A DNA stretch of 60,000 nucleotides from Felis catus (taxonomy: Eukaryota). A model generated the notes under the pieces. The model saw nothing but the letters and a program-made list of their open reading frames with translations, was not told where the DNA came from and made no database searches. Positions 38,548-55,299 of this stretch are shown here, one piece after another. A program made the position numbers and the translations under genes. Within the stretch, counting starts at the first letter, position 1. Every line of letters begins with the position of its first letter. The stretch lies in contig NC_058368.1 in assembly GCF_018350175.1 (NCBI RefSeq), positions 116,872,001 through 116,932,000 of the forward strand, in the 5' to 3' direction.

Positions 38548-40720
38548 ATGGAATACTTAAAGCCCAATCTAAAACAAACTTTGATTGTTTCTATTTTAGC
38601 ATATAACATTGAGGAAACTGAACTCCTACAGAATTCTGTTCCAGAGGCACTAGAGAGCACTTCCTTCATTGCTAATTTAGCAGATATTTGGGGCCTGAGA
38701 GTGGGGAAGCTATGGGTGGTGGTTGAGGGGGGTGGGGATGAGAGGGTAATTAATATTTCTGAAGACAAAAGACAGCATTTTCAAACCAACAGACTCAGGA
38801 TTTGCTGCTAAATAGAAATTGGATCCAGAGTTGGTGTACAGACCAAGTGAGACACGGGCGCTGAATTTTCAGTTGCTAAAATAAAATCTTTTGCATTTTT
38901 CCAAGTTGAGATTCACGGATACAATCATTCACCAGTGTCTTCTTGGACTTGAGAATGCTGCAAAAAATCCATTAGAGCATTGCTATATTAACCAAAGTCC
39001 ATAAAGGTGGCAGGACTTGGATATAAACAATAGTATTCATAAGTATACCTTGAATCCCAATTCTCATGTCTACTTTTGACAACTGCCAGGACAGTGGTGG
39101 CAAGAAATATCCAGAGCTGGAATGGCAGATTTCTCAGTGGAAAGAAATGGGTTGGGTTTAACTTAACCATAACAATATTGGATGATCAGTATTGTTGGCC
39201 AGACCCAGATCTGCACTGGTCTTCATTGGAAAAGTTATTGGTTGTCAGTTATTTTGCTCAGCTGTATTGTAAATTGTTAATCCCAGAAGAAAGCTTTCTC
39301 TCCTTGGCTATCACCATTTTTGTCAGAGACTGGAATGTAAGATACAATAGAGAAATATTTTTAAGGTATTTCTGGGCTCCTAAAGACTTAAGGAAAACTT
39401 CTGATAAAACATAGATATTGGGGGGGGGGGTTAAGCAACTGACTCGATTTTGGCTCAGGTCATGATCTCATGGTTTGTGGAATTGAGCCCCCCGTGGGGC
39501 TCTACACTGATAGCACAGAGCGCATTTGGGATTCTCTCTCTCTTTCTCTCTCTCTGCCTCTGCTTCTCCCACTCATAAACACACACACACACTCTCAAAA
39601 TAAATAAACTTTAAATAAACATAGATAATGGTTTTTAAAAACCCATTAATAAAATCCATAGATTCCAAGGCAATACTAAAGTACAGTGTGTATTCTGAGA
39701 TCATCAATTATGAAGGACTTTCTGGAACGTATATTGTCCTGATGTAAAGAGGACTCCATTCCTGTTAATCATGTCATTAATTATGAACTACATCCCAGGG
39801 CACTAGTTTGAGACCTTAGTTGCTGTTTTCTGTTTCAGATCCAAACCAGATAAACAATAGAGATGTTTTGTCTTCATAATACCTTCCCTACACCCTAAAA
39901 CCTTTGGTTGAGATGGACATTAAAAATACAAGTACAATTCTATTATCACTGCCAGAAATCAGGAGTTTCTCAAGCTGAAAATGAAATGTAATATAACCAT
40001 ATCTTTATTTTCACCAAATGGCCTCTACTTAACAAGCAAGAGAACACAGCTTCTGAGAGCATGTGCTCTAGTAGCACATGTAGCTGCTGTAGATACTTAG
40101 AAAACTGCCCAAGTAACTACTCCCTCCTGCTGCCCCTCCCTCAAAATGAACACAAAGAACCTGTTTGCTCTGACATCTCTGAATTGTAAGGCCCTAAGAA
40201 TCAAGTTCTGCATAAGGGAAAGAGCAGCTGTCTCAAATTGAGCAGCATGGTGTCAGTGTGAGTGATAGTGTTTGATGACAATGGCAACTTACCCTTCATA
40301 TTTTACCTGATGCAGAAAGAGATACCGGATGCAGAAAGATGTTGAAGGTGGCAGCAGTGAACAGAGATTAGGTCTGGAAGGCCTTCGTGTGTTATCAACT
40401 ATTTATAGGCTTGAATCTCAGTATGTTTAACATGAAATCCCAAGACAGGGAAGTATATACTACCAAGTTTCTGAGTAATAGCAACCTAGCCATGATCTGA
40501 CTTAAGGTTATAGTCAAGGACACTGAGATGCCACCTTACTCCATGTTCAGACTATGACCTGTTGCTGGTCAGTTGTCTTTTTCAGCTCTACTGACCATAT
40601 TTTAACAGGTGCCAGGAAAAGTTTTAGACTCCTCACTTAGCATCTACTTGGTCATTATTGTGGTCTCAGTATTCTGAGCTAGTATTCTTCAGCTATCTTA
40701 TCTGCCTATTCCTTTTCATG
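38548..40720 (+). pseudogene. Pcdh-beta relic 2 (signal peptide to TM, frameshifted, interrupted by a SINE)
   Basis: ATG at 38548: MEYLKPNLKQ...NSVPEALESTSFIANLADIWGLRVGKL...ISEDKRQHFQ (EC1). Later remnants are DDNGNLPFIFYLMQ (about 40274), KVAAVNRD, EVYTTKFLS, VKDTEMPP and IYLVIIVVSV (TM). Confidence 0.88.
39420..39615 (+). mobile_element. Can-SINE inserted in relic 2
   Basis: SINE body flanked by a duplicated AAACATAGATA(T/A)TG. Confidence 0.85.
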
Positions 40721-40984
40721 GTGTGTGTTCAAATAAGTACCCTAATGTGACAGTACACTCATAATTGCATTTTCTCATTTTCAAATATTATTTCCTTATA
40801 TATATTTATCACATTTAAATTGGTAATTTATGCTTTGTATTTTGTAGTCAGATTCTCAGGTTTCCTTCCTGTTGACATATTCTTTGCCTTCCCTTACATC
40901 TTTAGACTTCATTATTCATTACTTTTCTGTATTGTATTTGGTAGTTAAAAAACACTTAGGCATATTTTCTTTCTAAAATGAAAT

Positions 40985-41243
40985 TTCAGGGTGAGGGGAT
41001 GAGCAAAATGGATGAAGGGAATCAAGAAGTACAGACTTCCAGTTACAAAATAAATGAGTCATGGGGATGTAAAAGTACAGCATAGGGAATATAGTCAGTA
41101 ATACAGTAATAACTTTGTATGGTGACAGATGGTAACTACACTTATCGTGTGAGCATTTTGTAATGCATATAAATATTGAGTCACTATGTTGTATACCTGA
41201 AACTAATATAATAGCATATATCAATTATTCTTCAATTAAATTT

Positions 41244-41316
<73 letters not shown>

Positions 41317-41520
41317 CTCTTAACTACTGAGGACAAACTGATGGTTTCCAGAGGGGAGGTGGACGGGTGATGGGTGAAATAGGTGATGGGGATTAAGGAA
41401 TGCATTTGTCCTGATGAGCACTGGGTAATGTATGGAATTGATGAATCACTATATTGTACACCTGAAACTAATATAGCATCGTATGTTAACTATGCTGGAA
41501 TTAAAATGAAATAAAATAAA
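40985..41520 (+). mobile_element. Two tandem L1 3'-end fragments separated by a (GA)n microsatellite (about 41247-41302)
   Basis: Two copies ending TACACCTGAAACTAATATA- or TATACCTGAAACTAATATA-type termini; a long GA repeat between them. Confidence 0.75.
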
Positions 41521-42319
41521 ATGAAATTTTAATTGTGCTCTTAGTAAAAATGCAATCATCTATCAGACTGCCAAAACCTGATACAAATTTTAGCTTATTT
41601 TAATAATGGGAGAGAAGATATCTGAGATTCTTGGGAAAAAAATCATATAGAGTATATGAAAACATATAAAACATATATATACATATGTACGCATATATAC
41701 ATATCCCTAGGAGAGAGAGAGAAAGAGATGTAGTCCAGTATATACACAATACTAGCCAGAACCCATGGCAATGCCTGGTCAAGACTTTCTTTCAAGGGAA
41801 CACTTTGTACTAGTAGACTATGATAATTCTCCTAAAGCAAAAAATGCCAAGGTTCTTATGCAAGTGTCCCTTTCCCAACCATTAGTTGCACATTCATTCT
41901 GGGGGAAGCAAAAAAACAGCATCTTCATATCCCCCACTCGAATCACCTTTATTTTGAAATCCTACTTGCTTGAGATTTGTAAAATATATATCTTAATGGA
42001 TTATGGAAAAACTTAGTTGTTTGCATCCTTAGTAATTCAAAAGCAAATTGTTTGAGTATTACCACAGGCCCACAATTTCCACATTAGGATAAGTGCCAAA
42101 ACACTTGCTATCAAATGAATTTAAATTTTTTGTTATAATATTAATATAAACATAATTATGAAAAGAAAAACTAATATCAACAGAATAAAGTAGGCATTTA
42201 TTTTCTAAATGTTAAGGAACCTGTGATTGCCCAATTTTTTTTTTACGTAATTACAGAAAATAAATGAGAACTTTAAAAAGTGTTATGTCATGATTACATT
42301 TAATAAATCATCCATTCCA

Positions 42320-43480
42320 GTTTTCTGGAAATACAGGGGATAGAGGAACAGGTCAGATGATACCACAAGGAAACAATCAGACAAATTCAGAATGTAGAAC
42401 AACCTACAAGACAATGAGTCTGGATACTGAAAAAAAAACTCAGTATCATAAAAGACAGGGGACTGTTTTACAATAAATAGATGCAACACCAATACAATCA
42501 TGAAACTGTTAAAAAACAAATCTAAGACATTCTTTATAACAGGTGGTCAAGAAAGTAAGTGCATTTGTAAAAGGAAATCAAGAGTGCATATGAATTCTTA
42601 CTACAGTTAAAGACATTGAGGAAAGATAATAGAAAAATAATGAGATTCAATAGGGATTGGATTTTAGATAATGTTATGGAATTATTAATTTTGTTAAATG
42701 TGCTAATAGGATTATAATTATGTAGGATAATGACTTTATACTTAGGAGATGCCTGCTGAAATATATAGAGGTGAAGTATTATGATGTCTTCAAATTACTT
42801 TCAAATGGGTAAGCAAAAAAGGGGGTATTTGTGTGTAGAATAAAAATATATAAAGATAAAAAATATGTAGACAGAATAAATATGGTAAAAATAAGTTTTA
42901 AATTTGGATGGAGGTTAGAATTATGTTTGTATAATTCTCTTAACTTTTCTATGTATTTGAAACATTTCTCAATACAAATATTTAATTAGTAGACTCAATA
43001 TTCTAGAGAAGTTTTAGGTTTTACAGCACATTGAGCAGATAATACAAAAGGTTCCCATATACCCACTTTCTCTCCCTCACAGTGTTCTCTATTAATATCT
43101 TGCATTAGTGTGGTTTGTTTATTATAATTGATGAATCAATATTGACCCATTATTATTAACTAAAGTCTGTAATTTAAACCCAGGTTCACTCTGTGTAGTT
43201 TTATGGGTTTTGACAAATGCCTAATGTCATGTATTCACCATTACAGTATCATAAAGAAAAGTTTCAATGCCTCCCAGATCTCACGTGTTTTACCTCCTAA
43301 TTCCCCTCCTTCTCCTTCCCTCTGGCAACCACTAAATGTATCTTTACTTTTGTCTTTTCCAGAATGTCATGTAGTTGCAGAAATAGAGTATGTGCCTTTT
43401 CAGACTAGTTTCTTTCACTAAGCAATATGCATTTACATTTCCTACATGTCTTTTTTGGGTTGATAACACTTCTTTTTATA
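42320..43480. mobile_element. Old L1M 3' fragments (plus strand, then minus strand)
   Basis: AATCAGACAAATTCAGAATGT... (L1ME-like) and TTGACAAATG...CACCATTACAGTATCATA (L1MC-like). Confidence 0.6.
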
Positions 43481-43689
43481 AACATTTTTTAAATACAAAG
43501 AGACCATCTTTAAACACCTAACAACAAATTGCAACATATATATCTTGATTGGCACCTGATTTAACAAATTATCTCTAAAAAGACATTTTAAAAGATAATT
43601 GAGAAAAATTCACTACCTACTATTTGATAAGAAATTATTGGCATTGCTAGATGTGACAGCTGATTTGAGGTTATGTAAAAAATGCTCCT

Positions 43690-43915
43690 GCTGCATCTGG
43701 GTGGGTCAGTCGGTTAAGCCTCCCACTCCGGCTCAGGTCATGATCTTGCAGTCTGTGGGTTCAAGCCCTGCATGGGGCTCTGTGCTGACAGCTCAGAGCC
43801 TGAAGCCTGCTTTGGATTCGTGTCTCCCTCTCTCTGCCCCTCCCCTGCTCGAGTGCTCTCTCTCTCTCTCTCAAAAAAAAAAAAAAAAAAACCACATTAA
43901 AAAAAGAAAATAAAA
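43690..43915 (+). mobile_element. Can-SINE
   Basis: Head, (CT)n, poly-A. Confidence 0.85.
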
Positions 43916-44476
43916 ATATTAATACATTAACATGAAGACATTTTCCGACTACTTTTGGAGATTTTCATGTGGCCCAAATGCATGAAATTTCAGGGAAATG
44001 TGAATTGAAAGTGGTCCCCAGAGAAAGAGGAGTAAGAGGAATATTTCATCGTCCTAAGAGAATGTTCTCATTTGAATACTGTGCTTGTCCTGGGTTTCTA
44101 TAGTTTTTGGTTTCTTTGGGGTGTGAGGATGGTAACCTAAACACCACAGAGATGCATACATGCCCAACTTCTAAATAAAACTGGGAACTGCCTACTCAAA
44201 GCCTTGTTTCCTCCTGGGACTGAAGTTACTCCCTTCCAGTTTCCGAAGTCGATTTTTTTTTTCTCATTTAAAAAGAGCCCTTTCGATCTGTGAGAAAACT
44301 GGAACGGAAATTTGTCAATGCTTGCCGTGGTTGTTATGGATGCAATGAAAAAGCCTTTGGAGACGCAGATAAGACTTTGAGATATTACTTGAAAATACTC
44401 CCTTTAGATGGCCATCTGTCTTGAAAGAAAGGATTAGGATTTTCTTCCTGTTTTGGATAAACTAAACACTCAGGAA

Positions 44477-44497
44477 GGACGCTGGGTGGCGCTGCAG
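44477..44497 (+). promoter_or_regulatory. CSE (CTCF-binding conserved sequence element) of the PCDHB2 promoter
   Basis: GGACGCTGGGTGGCGCTGCAG, with an intact CGCT core, 238 bp upstream of the ATG. Confidence 0.85.
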
Positions 44498-44618
44498 CAT
44501 TATAAGTAGAACGAAGAGAGCTACCAGCTGGCGCTCCTTGAGCCAAATGCTCCGCTGAGGAAACAAGCAGGAAGGGGAGGCATTCTAAGGTGGTTGCTCC
44601 GGGAAATCAGGGCCCTAG

Positions 44619-47108
<2,490 letters not shown>

Positions 47109-47243
47109 GTATTAATTACTAAGGGTCTACTGAACCTCGTCTCCGTTAATTTGTGTAAAGTCTTTTTGTACTGCCTTGCCCACTTGGGTTCTTTTTATTT
47201 GGTGTGTAGCTATCCTATTCCAATTCAGTGCATGTTACTGGTG

Positions 47244-47473
47244 TTTTTTTTTTTTTTTTTAATTTTTTTTCAACGTTTATTTATTTTTGGGACAGAGAGA
47301 GACAGAGCATGAACGGGGGAGGGGCAGAGAGAGAGGGAGACACAGAATCGGAAACAGGCTCCAGGCTCTGAGCCATCAGCCCAGAGCCCGACGCGGGGCT
47401 CGAACTCACGGACCGCGAGATCGTGACCTGGCTGAAGTCGGACGCTTAACCGACTGCGCCACCCAGGCGCCCC
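47244..47473 (-). mobile_element. Young felid SINE (SINEC_Fc-like) about 135 bp after the PCDHB2 stop
   Basis: Consensus-like body with CpGs intact; TSD GTTACTGGTGTTT. Confidence 0.95.
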
Positions 47474-48389
47474 GTTACTGGTGTTTCTAAATGCCTTCGT
47501 TTGTGGTGTAAGGAATGCAGATTTCTTTTTCTTTTTGTTGATTAGTCTCACTGTAACTTAATTCAACTTAAAGTGTGAAAGTAAACTTTGTATTTTCTGA
47601 AGTCTTTAATTTTTAAGTTAGAGCATCTTTTTCCAAATTCACCTTCCACAGTTCCTAGGTTACTTTGCAGAACTTAAAATTTAAAACGTTTTTTAAATGT
47701 TTGCAATCACTACATAAGCTTATTCTTTTTCCAGAATATTTGTGTTTTGTATATTCTCTTAAAGTAGTATAACTTTAATTCTCTTCACTCACATTGGCTA
47801 AAACTTTTAACATATGTATGTTCATGAACACTAAAGCAATGTCTCACATTTTTCTAAATATGTATTTCCTTAAAGTATCCTTAAATGGAAGTTATGATTC
47901 CTTTGAGATTGTGACAACCTTGACTGTTGGATTCTACAAACCATTCATATTAAAATGCTCAATAAATCAACCACTAATATTCTCAAATGTAGTTAAATAA
48001 GTAGCATATGTCCAGTCGTTTTCAAAGCCATGTAATTCTTAATGCTTTCTATTAAAATTTTTTTCTTTAAACTTTTCACATCAATTCCCCCTTTAAAATA
48101 TTAGGTTTAGCAATTACAAACATCTATTAACTTTGAGCAAGTCCTTAAAATCCAAAAGATATGAGGAAATAAACATGTCTTTGTCCTTCACCAAATTTTA
48201 GAAACTTCAAATGTAGTTTGGCATTGCATGTTCCAAAAATTTTGGATTGTTTATAATTTTTTGGGGAATAAGCCTGTGAGGAAAAGATTTATCTTGGTCT
48301 GGCCATTATTTTGTTTTCTTCTTTTTTTTTTTTTTTTTTTTGCACCACTATTTTTCCCTGTTCAGTTTTCTAGGGTTTTCAAAGCTCTT

Positions 48390-48594
48390 TTCTTTTTTTA
48401 AGTTTATTTATTTTGAGAGAGAGAGAGAGAATGCATGTGTGATGGGGGGAGGGGCAGAAAGAGAGGAGAGAGAATTCCAAGCAGGCTATCAGATAAAAGC
48501 CGGTTCTGGGGCTTGAACCCACTAACTGTGAGATGACAACCTGAGCTGAAATCAAGAGTTGGAAGCTTAACCAACTGAGCCACCCAGGTGCCCC
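48390..48594 (-). mobile_element. Can-SINE
   Basis: Reverse body; TSD approximately CAAAGCTYTTTTCTTTTT. Confidence 0.85.
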
Positions 48595-49723
48595 AAAGCT
48601 TTTTTCTTTTTATGTGCTTGAATATGTGTCTCACTAGCTGCCCTTTTATTGCATGACTAGTGTAGTAACTGGAAGATTATAGGTTCTTAACAAAATTTTT
48701 AAATGATTGAAAGGAAAAAGTGTCTTTTCTTCACCTGTGATATTTTGATATTTAAAGACACTAAGATACTCATAGGACAAAATTTTGCTGGCATTAAATG
48801 CTCTCTGATGTTTAAGGAATTACATATATAATTTTTGTTTACTAATTGAACCGATGATCACTGTTGTTCAAACAATATGCAGTTTCAGTCCCCTGTCTCT
48901 CTCCTTCAACATATTTTTGCTTGTCCCTTTCTGCTTAATTGGAGTCTTCTCTCCTGCCTTCTAACTTAAGGAATACATATGGAGAAACTGTTTTTTTTAT
49001 TTTATAATTTAAATTTCAGTGTATAATTCCCTAATTCATCCAACTTTATTTATTTGTTGTAGTTCAATTTCTGATCCATACATTAAAACACATTTTTAAT
49101 TCTTAATGTTCTTCAATCTGTCTTTAAATTATTGTATATTATGTTTATTTGAATGAGCTATACTATTAAAATTATAATATGAATTTTAAAGGTGTCCTAT
49201 TGAGATTAGCAATGTAGAGCACTATCTTACTTTCAAAATTCTCTGATTACCCAACTTGTTACCTGTAGAATCTTGGACACGTCACATAATTTCTGTCCTG
49301 TCAAAAGGATAACAGCTATTTCTGTAACTTGAAATCATGACTAAGGTAATACAAAGATATAGAAGTGCAATCGCTGTTATTTTTAGCGTTACTAATATTA
49401 AGAGTAAACCTAATAGAGGATCCTTCATGTAGCATTCCTAATTATTGTGAAGATGCTAGATTGAACACGTGATATTTGCATTGTTTCATTTCTCTGCTTA
49501 AAACCTTGCAATATCTTTGTTTTATTCTTAGAATAAAATCCATTATTTGCCCTCAGTTTATTTCTCCATCCTTCTCTTCCCACTTACTCTTGAGACACTA
49601 AGTTTTAGGTGCACTGTCCTTTTATTATCTAGAATAGCTATACTTTACTGTTGCATGGCCTTTACATATCAGTTTTTCATTTATGGGTTCTTCCCATTTT
49701 ACAGTTTTAGCCTGGCAAACATC

Positions 49724-49927
49724 TTTTTTTGAATGTTTATTTATTTATTTATTGAGAAAGAGGGAGAAAAAGCATGAGTGGGAGAAGGGAAGAGAGAGAG
49801 AGAGAATTCCAAGCAGGCCCTCCACTGTAGGTACAGAGCCCAATTCAGTCCCACTAACCATGATGAGATCATGACGGGAGCAGAAATCGAGTCAGATGCT
49901 TAACCCACTGAGCCACCCAGGCATCCC
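49724..49927 (-). mobile_element. Can-SINE
   Basis: Reverse body. Confidence 0.8.
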
Positions 49928-50795
49928 AAGCCTAGAAAACATCCTTCATGTTCCAGACTAAATGGCACAACTTTGACAAAACTTTTTCACTCCCCAACTC
50001 ATTAGGTCAGGTCCCCTATTGCATACTTTCATGCACTCAGTACCTTTCCTATATAGCACAAACTGTTATATTTGTTTGTTTGAACATATATTTAAAGTCT
50101 GTTTACCCCCTTAGATTGAAAACCATATAAGACATATAGACACAGTCTGTCCTGTTACCACTAGATGCTTAACTTCCACAAACTCAACAAATAGCTATTT
50201 CCACAGATGAAATACAGTTGTACAGTTAATATAGATGAAACCAGTAATTATAAAAAGGAGAAATCTGTGTTCCTTGAGTGATTATGAAAATTTGATAGAA
50301 ATTAGGCATTTGTGGTCTCTGGATAATATCCCCTGACATGATCTATTATCATTTTTTGTCACCTTGCATGAGATAATCTTTTCATAGTATTTTTTTCTGA
50401 GTATAAATGCAACTGATGCGCATTATACAAACTCTGGAAAATAAGAGAAAAACGCAAATAGGATATAAAGCATGTCATAATTTAAAAAACAATCTTTTAA
50501 GGTTTACGTGTAATAATTACAGAAGGGCAGGCAGAGTAGCCCTAGCAGCGAAATCATATAAATAATCAAAATCATGTAAATGAGGACTCCACCAGAGACC
50601 GTGGGATTTTTTTTTAGATAACAGCACATTTCATTTACCTCGGTTGTGTTAGTTTCACTGATATAACACAAGAACCTCCTCCAACAGCGTCATATGGGTT
50701 TGATAAGGGGAATAAGCGATTAAAATATCGAAACAACACCCACCCCCCTCTCGCCCGAACAAAACACCTTCTCCGGAGATTTTTAAACTGCCAGC

Positions 50796-50816
50796 GAACG
50801 CATGGTGGCACTGTTG
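50796..50816 (+). promoter_or_regulatory. CSE of the PCDHB3 promoter (CGCT changed to CACT)
   Basis: GAACGCATGGTGGCACTGTTG, 240 bp upstream of the first ATG; aligns with the PCDHB2 CSE. Confidence 0.7.
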
Positions 50817-51011
50817 TCTAAGAAGGCGAATTAAACCACAGGAACTGTGCGCACTGCGTAAGGCACAGATCCAGTGCCGTAAACTAGGGGTTGTGAGCCT
50901 GGGCAGATTTTTAAGCAACCAAAACTGAGCCCTGGAAAGAATTATTCGCTAGGCCTTCTTCAAAGATTGGAAGGCAAAAGACTGCGTTTCCTAGCACTGC
51001 CAGAGGCTTAG

Positions 51012-53393
<2,382 letters not shown>

Positions 53394-54290
53394 GACTAAA
53401 GCAAAGCTCCAATTTTAATGATAGTTTAGGTCAAAAAGTAATTGTTTGGCTATGATTGTTTTCTTTAATAATCAAGAATCTTTAGTTGATGTAATATTGT
53501 CTTTAAATATTGATTTTACTTTGTGGGTTTTGTTAATCCTCGTGTATTCTCTTTTATCTGCTTCCTGTTTTAGTAATGCAGTCTGAATCCCTCTTTTCTT
53601 TTTCTAATAGGTGAGCAAAAATAGATTCATTATCTTTTAATGGTGATTTCAAACAAGTTTACTTTAAGGAACTATCTCAAATTCTCTATCCAAAGCAATG
53701 TAGATAGAGTTCCAAAACAGTAATCTTGTAATTTACCGTGTTGAATACAGTCAGATAATGTTCTTTATAATATACTTAAAGCAGCTTTGTAGTTAATGAA
53801 GTTTGTGGATAGATTAAAATGTGTTTTCTCTAAGCTGTACCTTCTTCAAGGTACACCATGTTTTTAGGGACAATTCATTTAGTTCAATTTATGTTTTGAC
53901 ATTTGCAATTAATATTTCAATATTTTTACATTTACGTTGTCATAAATACACACAAAATACAGGCTATAAGGCAAATTACTCTTGGATTTGGCTAGAATAT
54001 TCTCATGAAGACTGAAGAAAAAAAATAAACCTACAGCATTTTGAAAAACAGATTGTGCTTTTACATTTTGCATGAAAATGTTGTTTAGTGGGGCATCTGA
54101 TGCTATGACAATTTAGTGTGTAAATTCTGAGAGAAGTTATCAACCTAAGAGTCGTTTTTTAATAATTTCAAGAAAGCACATACATGTATGATCTCTAAAT
54201 GCTTTATGTAAAAGTAGTGTCCCATCCAATCCTACTTTTAAAATTAATATCTACTTGGCATTTAGATGGTGATATATGAGGGAAATCTAT

Positions 54291-54403
54291 AACAAAAATT
54301 ATAATATATACATATATGTATATTATATAATTTTATTATATTTTATAAAATTATATAATTTTATTATATATATGTATACATACATATATATGTAATTTTT
54401 GTT
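54291..54403. repeat. AT-rich imperfect palindrome
   Basis: Arms AACAAAAATTA and TAATTTTTGTT; central perfect 20-bp palindrome ATAAAATTATATAATTTTAT (54345-54364). Confidence 0.7.
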
Positions 54404-54556
54404 TTTTGTCTTGGTTCTCTTCTCCTGATTTCAACCTGACATGACCCAGGATTATAGATGGTCCTTCTGAGGACTGTCCATCCACACTAGCATTCTACCA
54501 CCTACAATGTAATTAAAAGATATACAAGAATAGGTAGTTCTAAAGAAGACAGAGCA

Positions 54557-54780
54557 AGGGGCTCCTGGGTGGCTCCAGTTGGTTGAATGACTGATTTGAC
54601 TCAGGTCATGAATCTCACAGTTTGTGAGTTTGAGCCTTGCACAGCCTTGGGCCTGTGCTGATAGGTCAGAACCTCCAACCTGCTTCAGATTCTGTGTCTC
54701 CCTCTCTCTCTGCCCCTCCCCCACTCATTCATTTTCTCTTTCTCTCTCTCAGAAGTGAATAAACATTGAAAAATTTCTAA
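54557..54780 (+). mobile_element. Can-SINE
   Basis: GGGGCTCCTGGGTGGCTC head, CT tract, tail. Confidence 0.85.
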
Positions 54781-55299
54781 AAGAGCAGTATCATTGTGAA
54801 AGTCTAAATTAGCTATAACTATGAATAAAATCTGGAAGCAACCAAAGTCACATTTTATGGCTATTTTGAGTGAAAGAGAAAAACTTATTTTTAAGTGATA
54901 AAATATTTAGTCCCCAGTTAAATAAGTTGATTAGGAAAAAAATTGGTTTTCTTCTTGAAGGCATTTTCTCATCCAGAAGGACAGAACTTTCCAAGAATTG
55001 AATACTTATGACTAGAAGAGAGAAAACTGAAGTTTCTCAACAAATTTGAAAATCCCCAAAAGAGAAGAAGAATTTAAGATTGACATGCCTTCAGTCATAT
55101 TTTAAAGTGCAGCTATAAATGGTGTCATTTTACATAACTGAGATCAAATGCATGAATCCTTAATAATCAGGGGAAAGAGTATTTCCTTTCATTGATGAAG
55201 CACTTTATAGAGATATTTTAATCTGGCTCTTCTGTTTAGATCTTTTTTTTTTTCTTCTTTTCATAAATTGGCTGAATTTTTATTAAGAGAGGAAAAGAT

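Noticed and set aside
55112..55135. GGTGTCATTTTAC as the CSE of relic 3
   Set aside because: Position is plausible, but the match is too degenerate to distinguish from chance.
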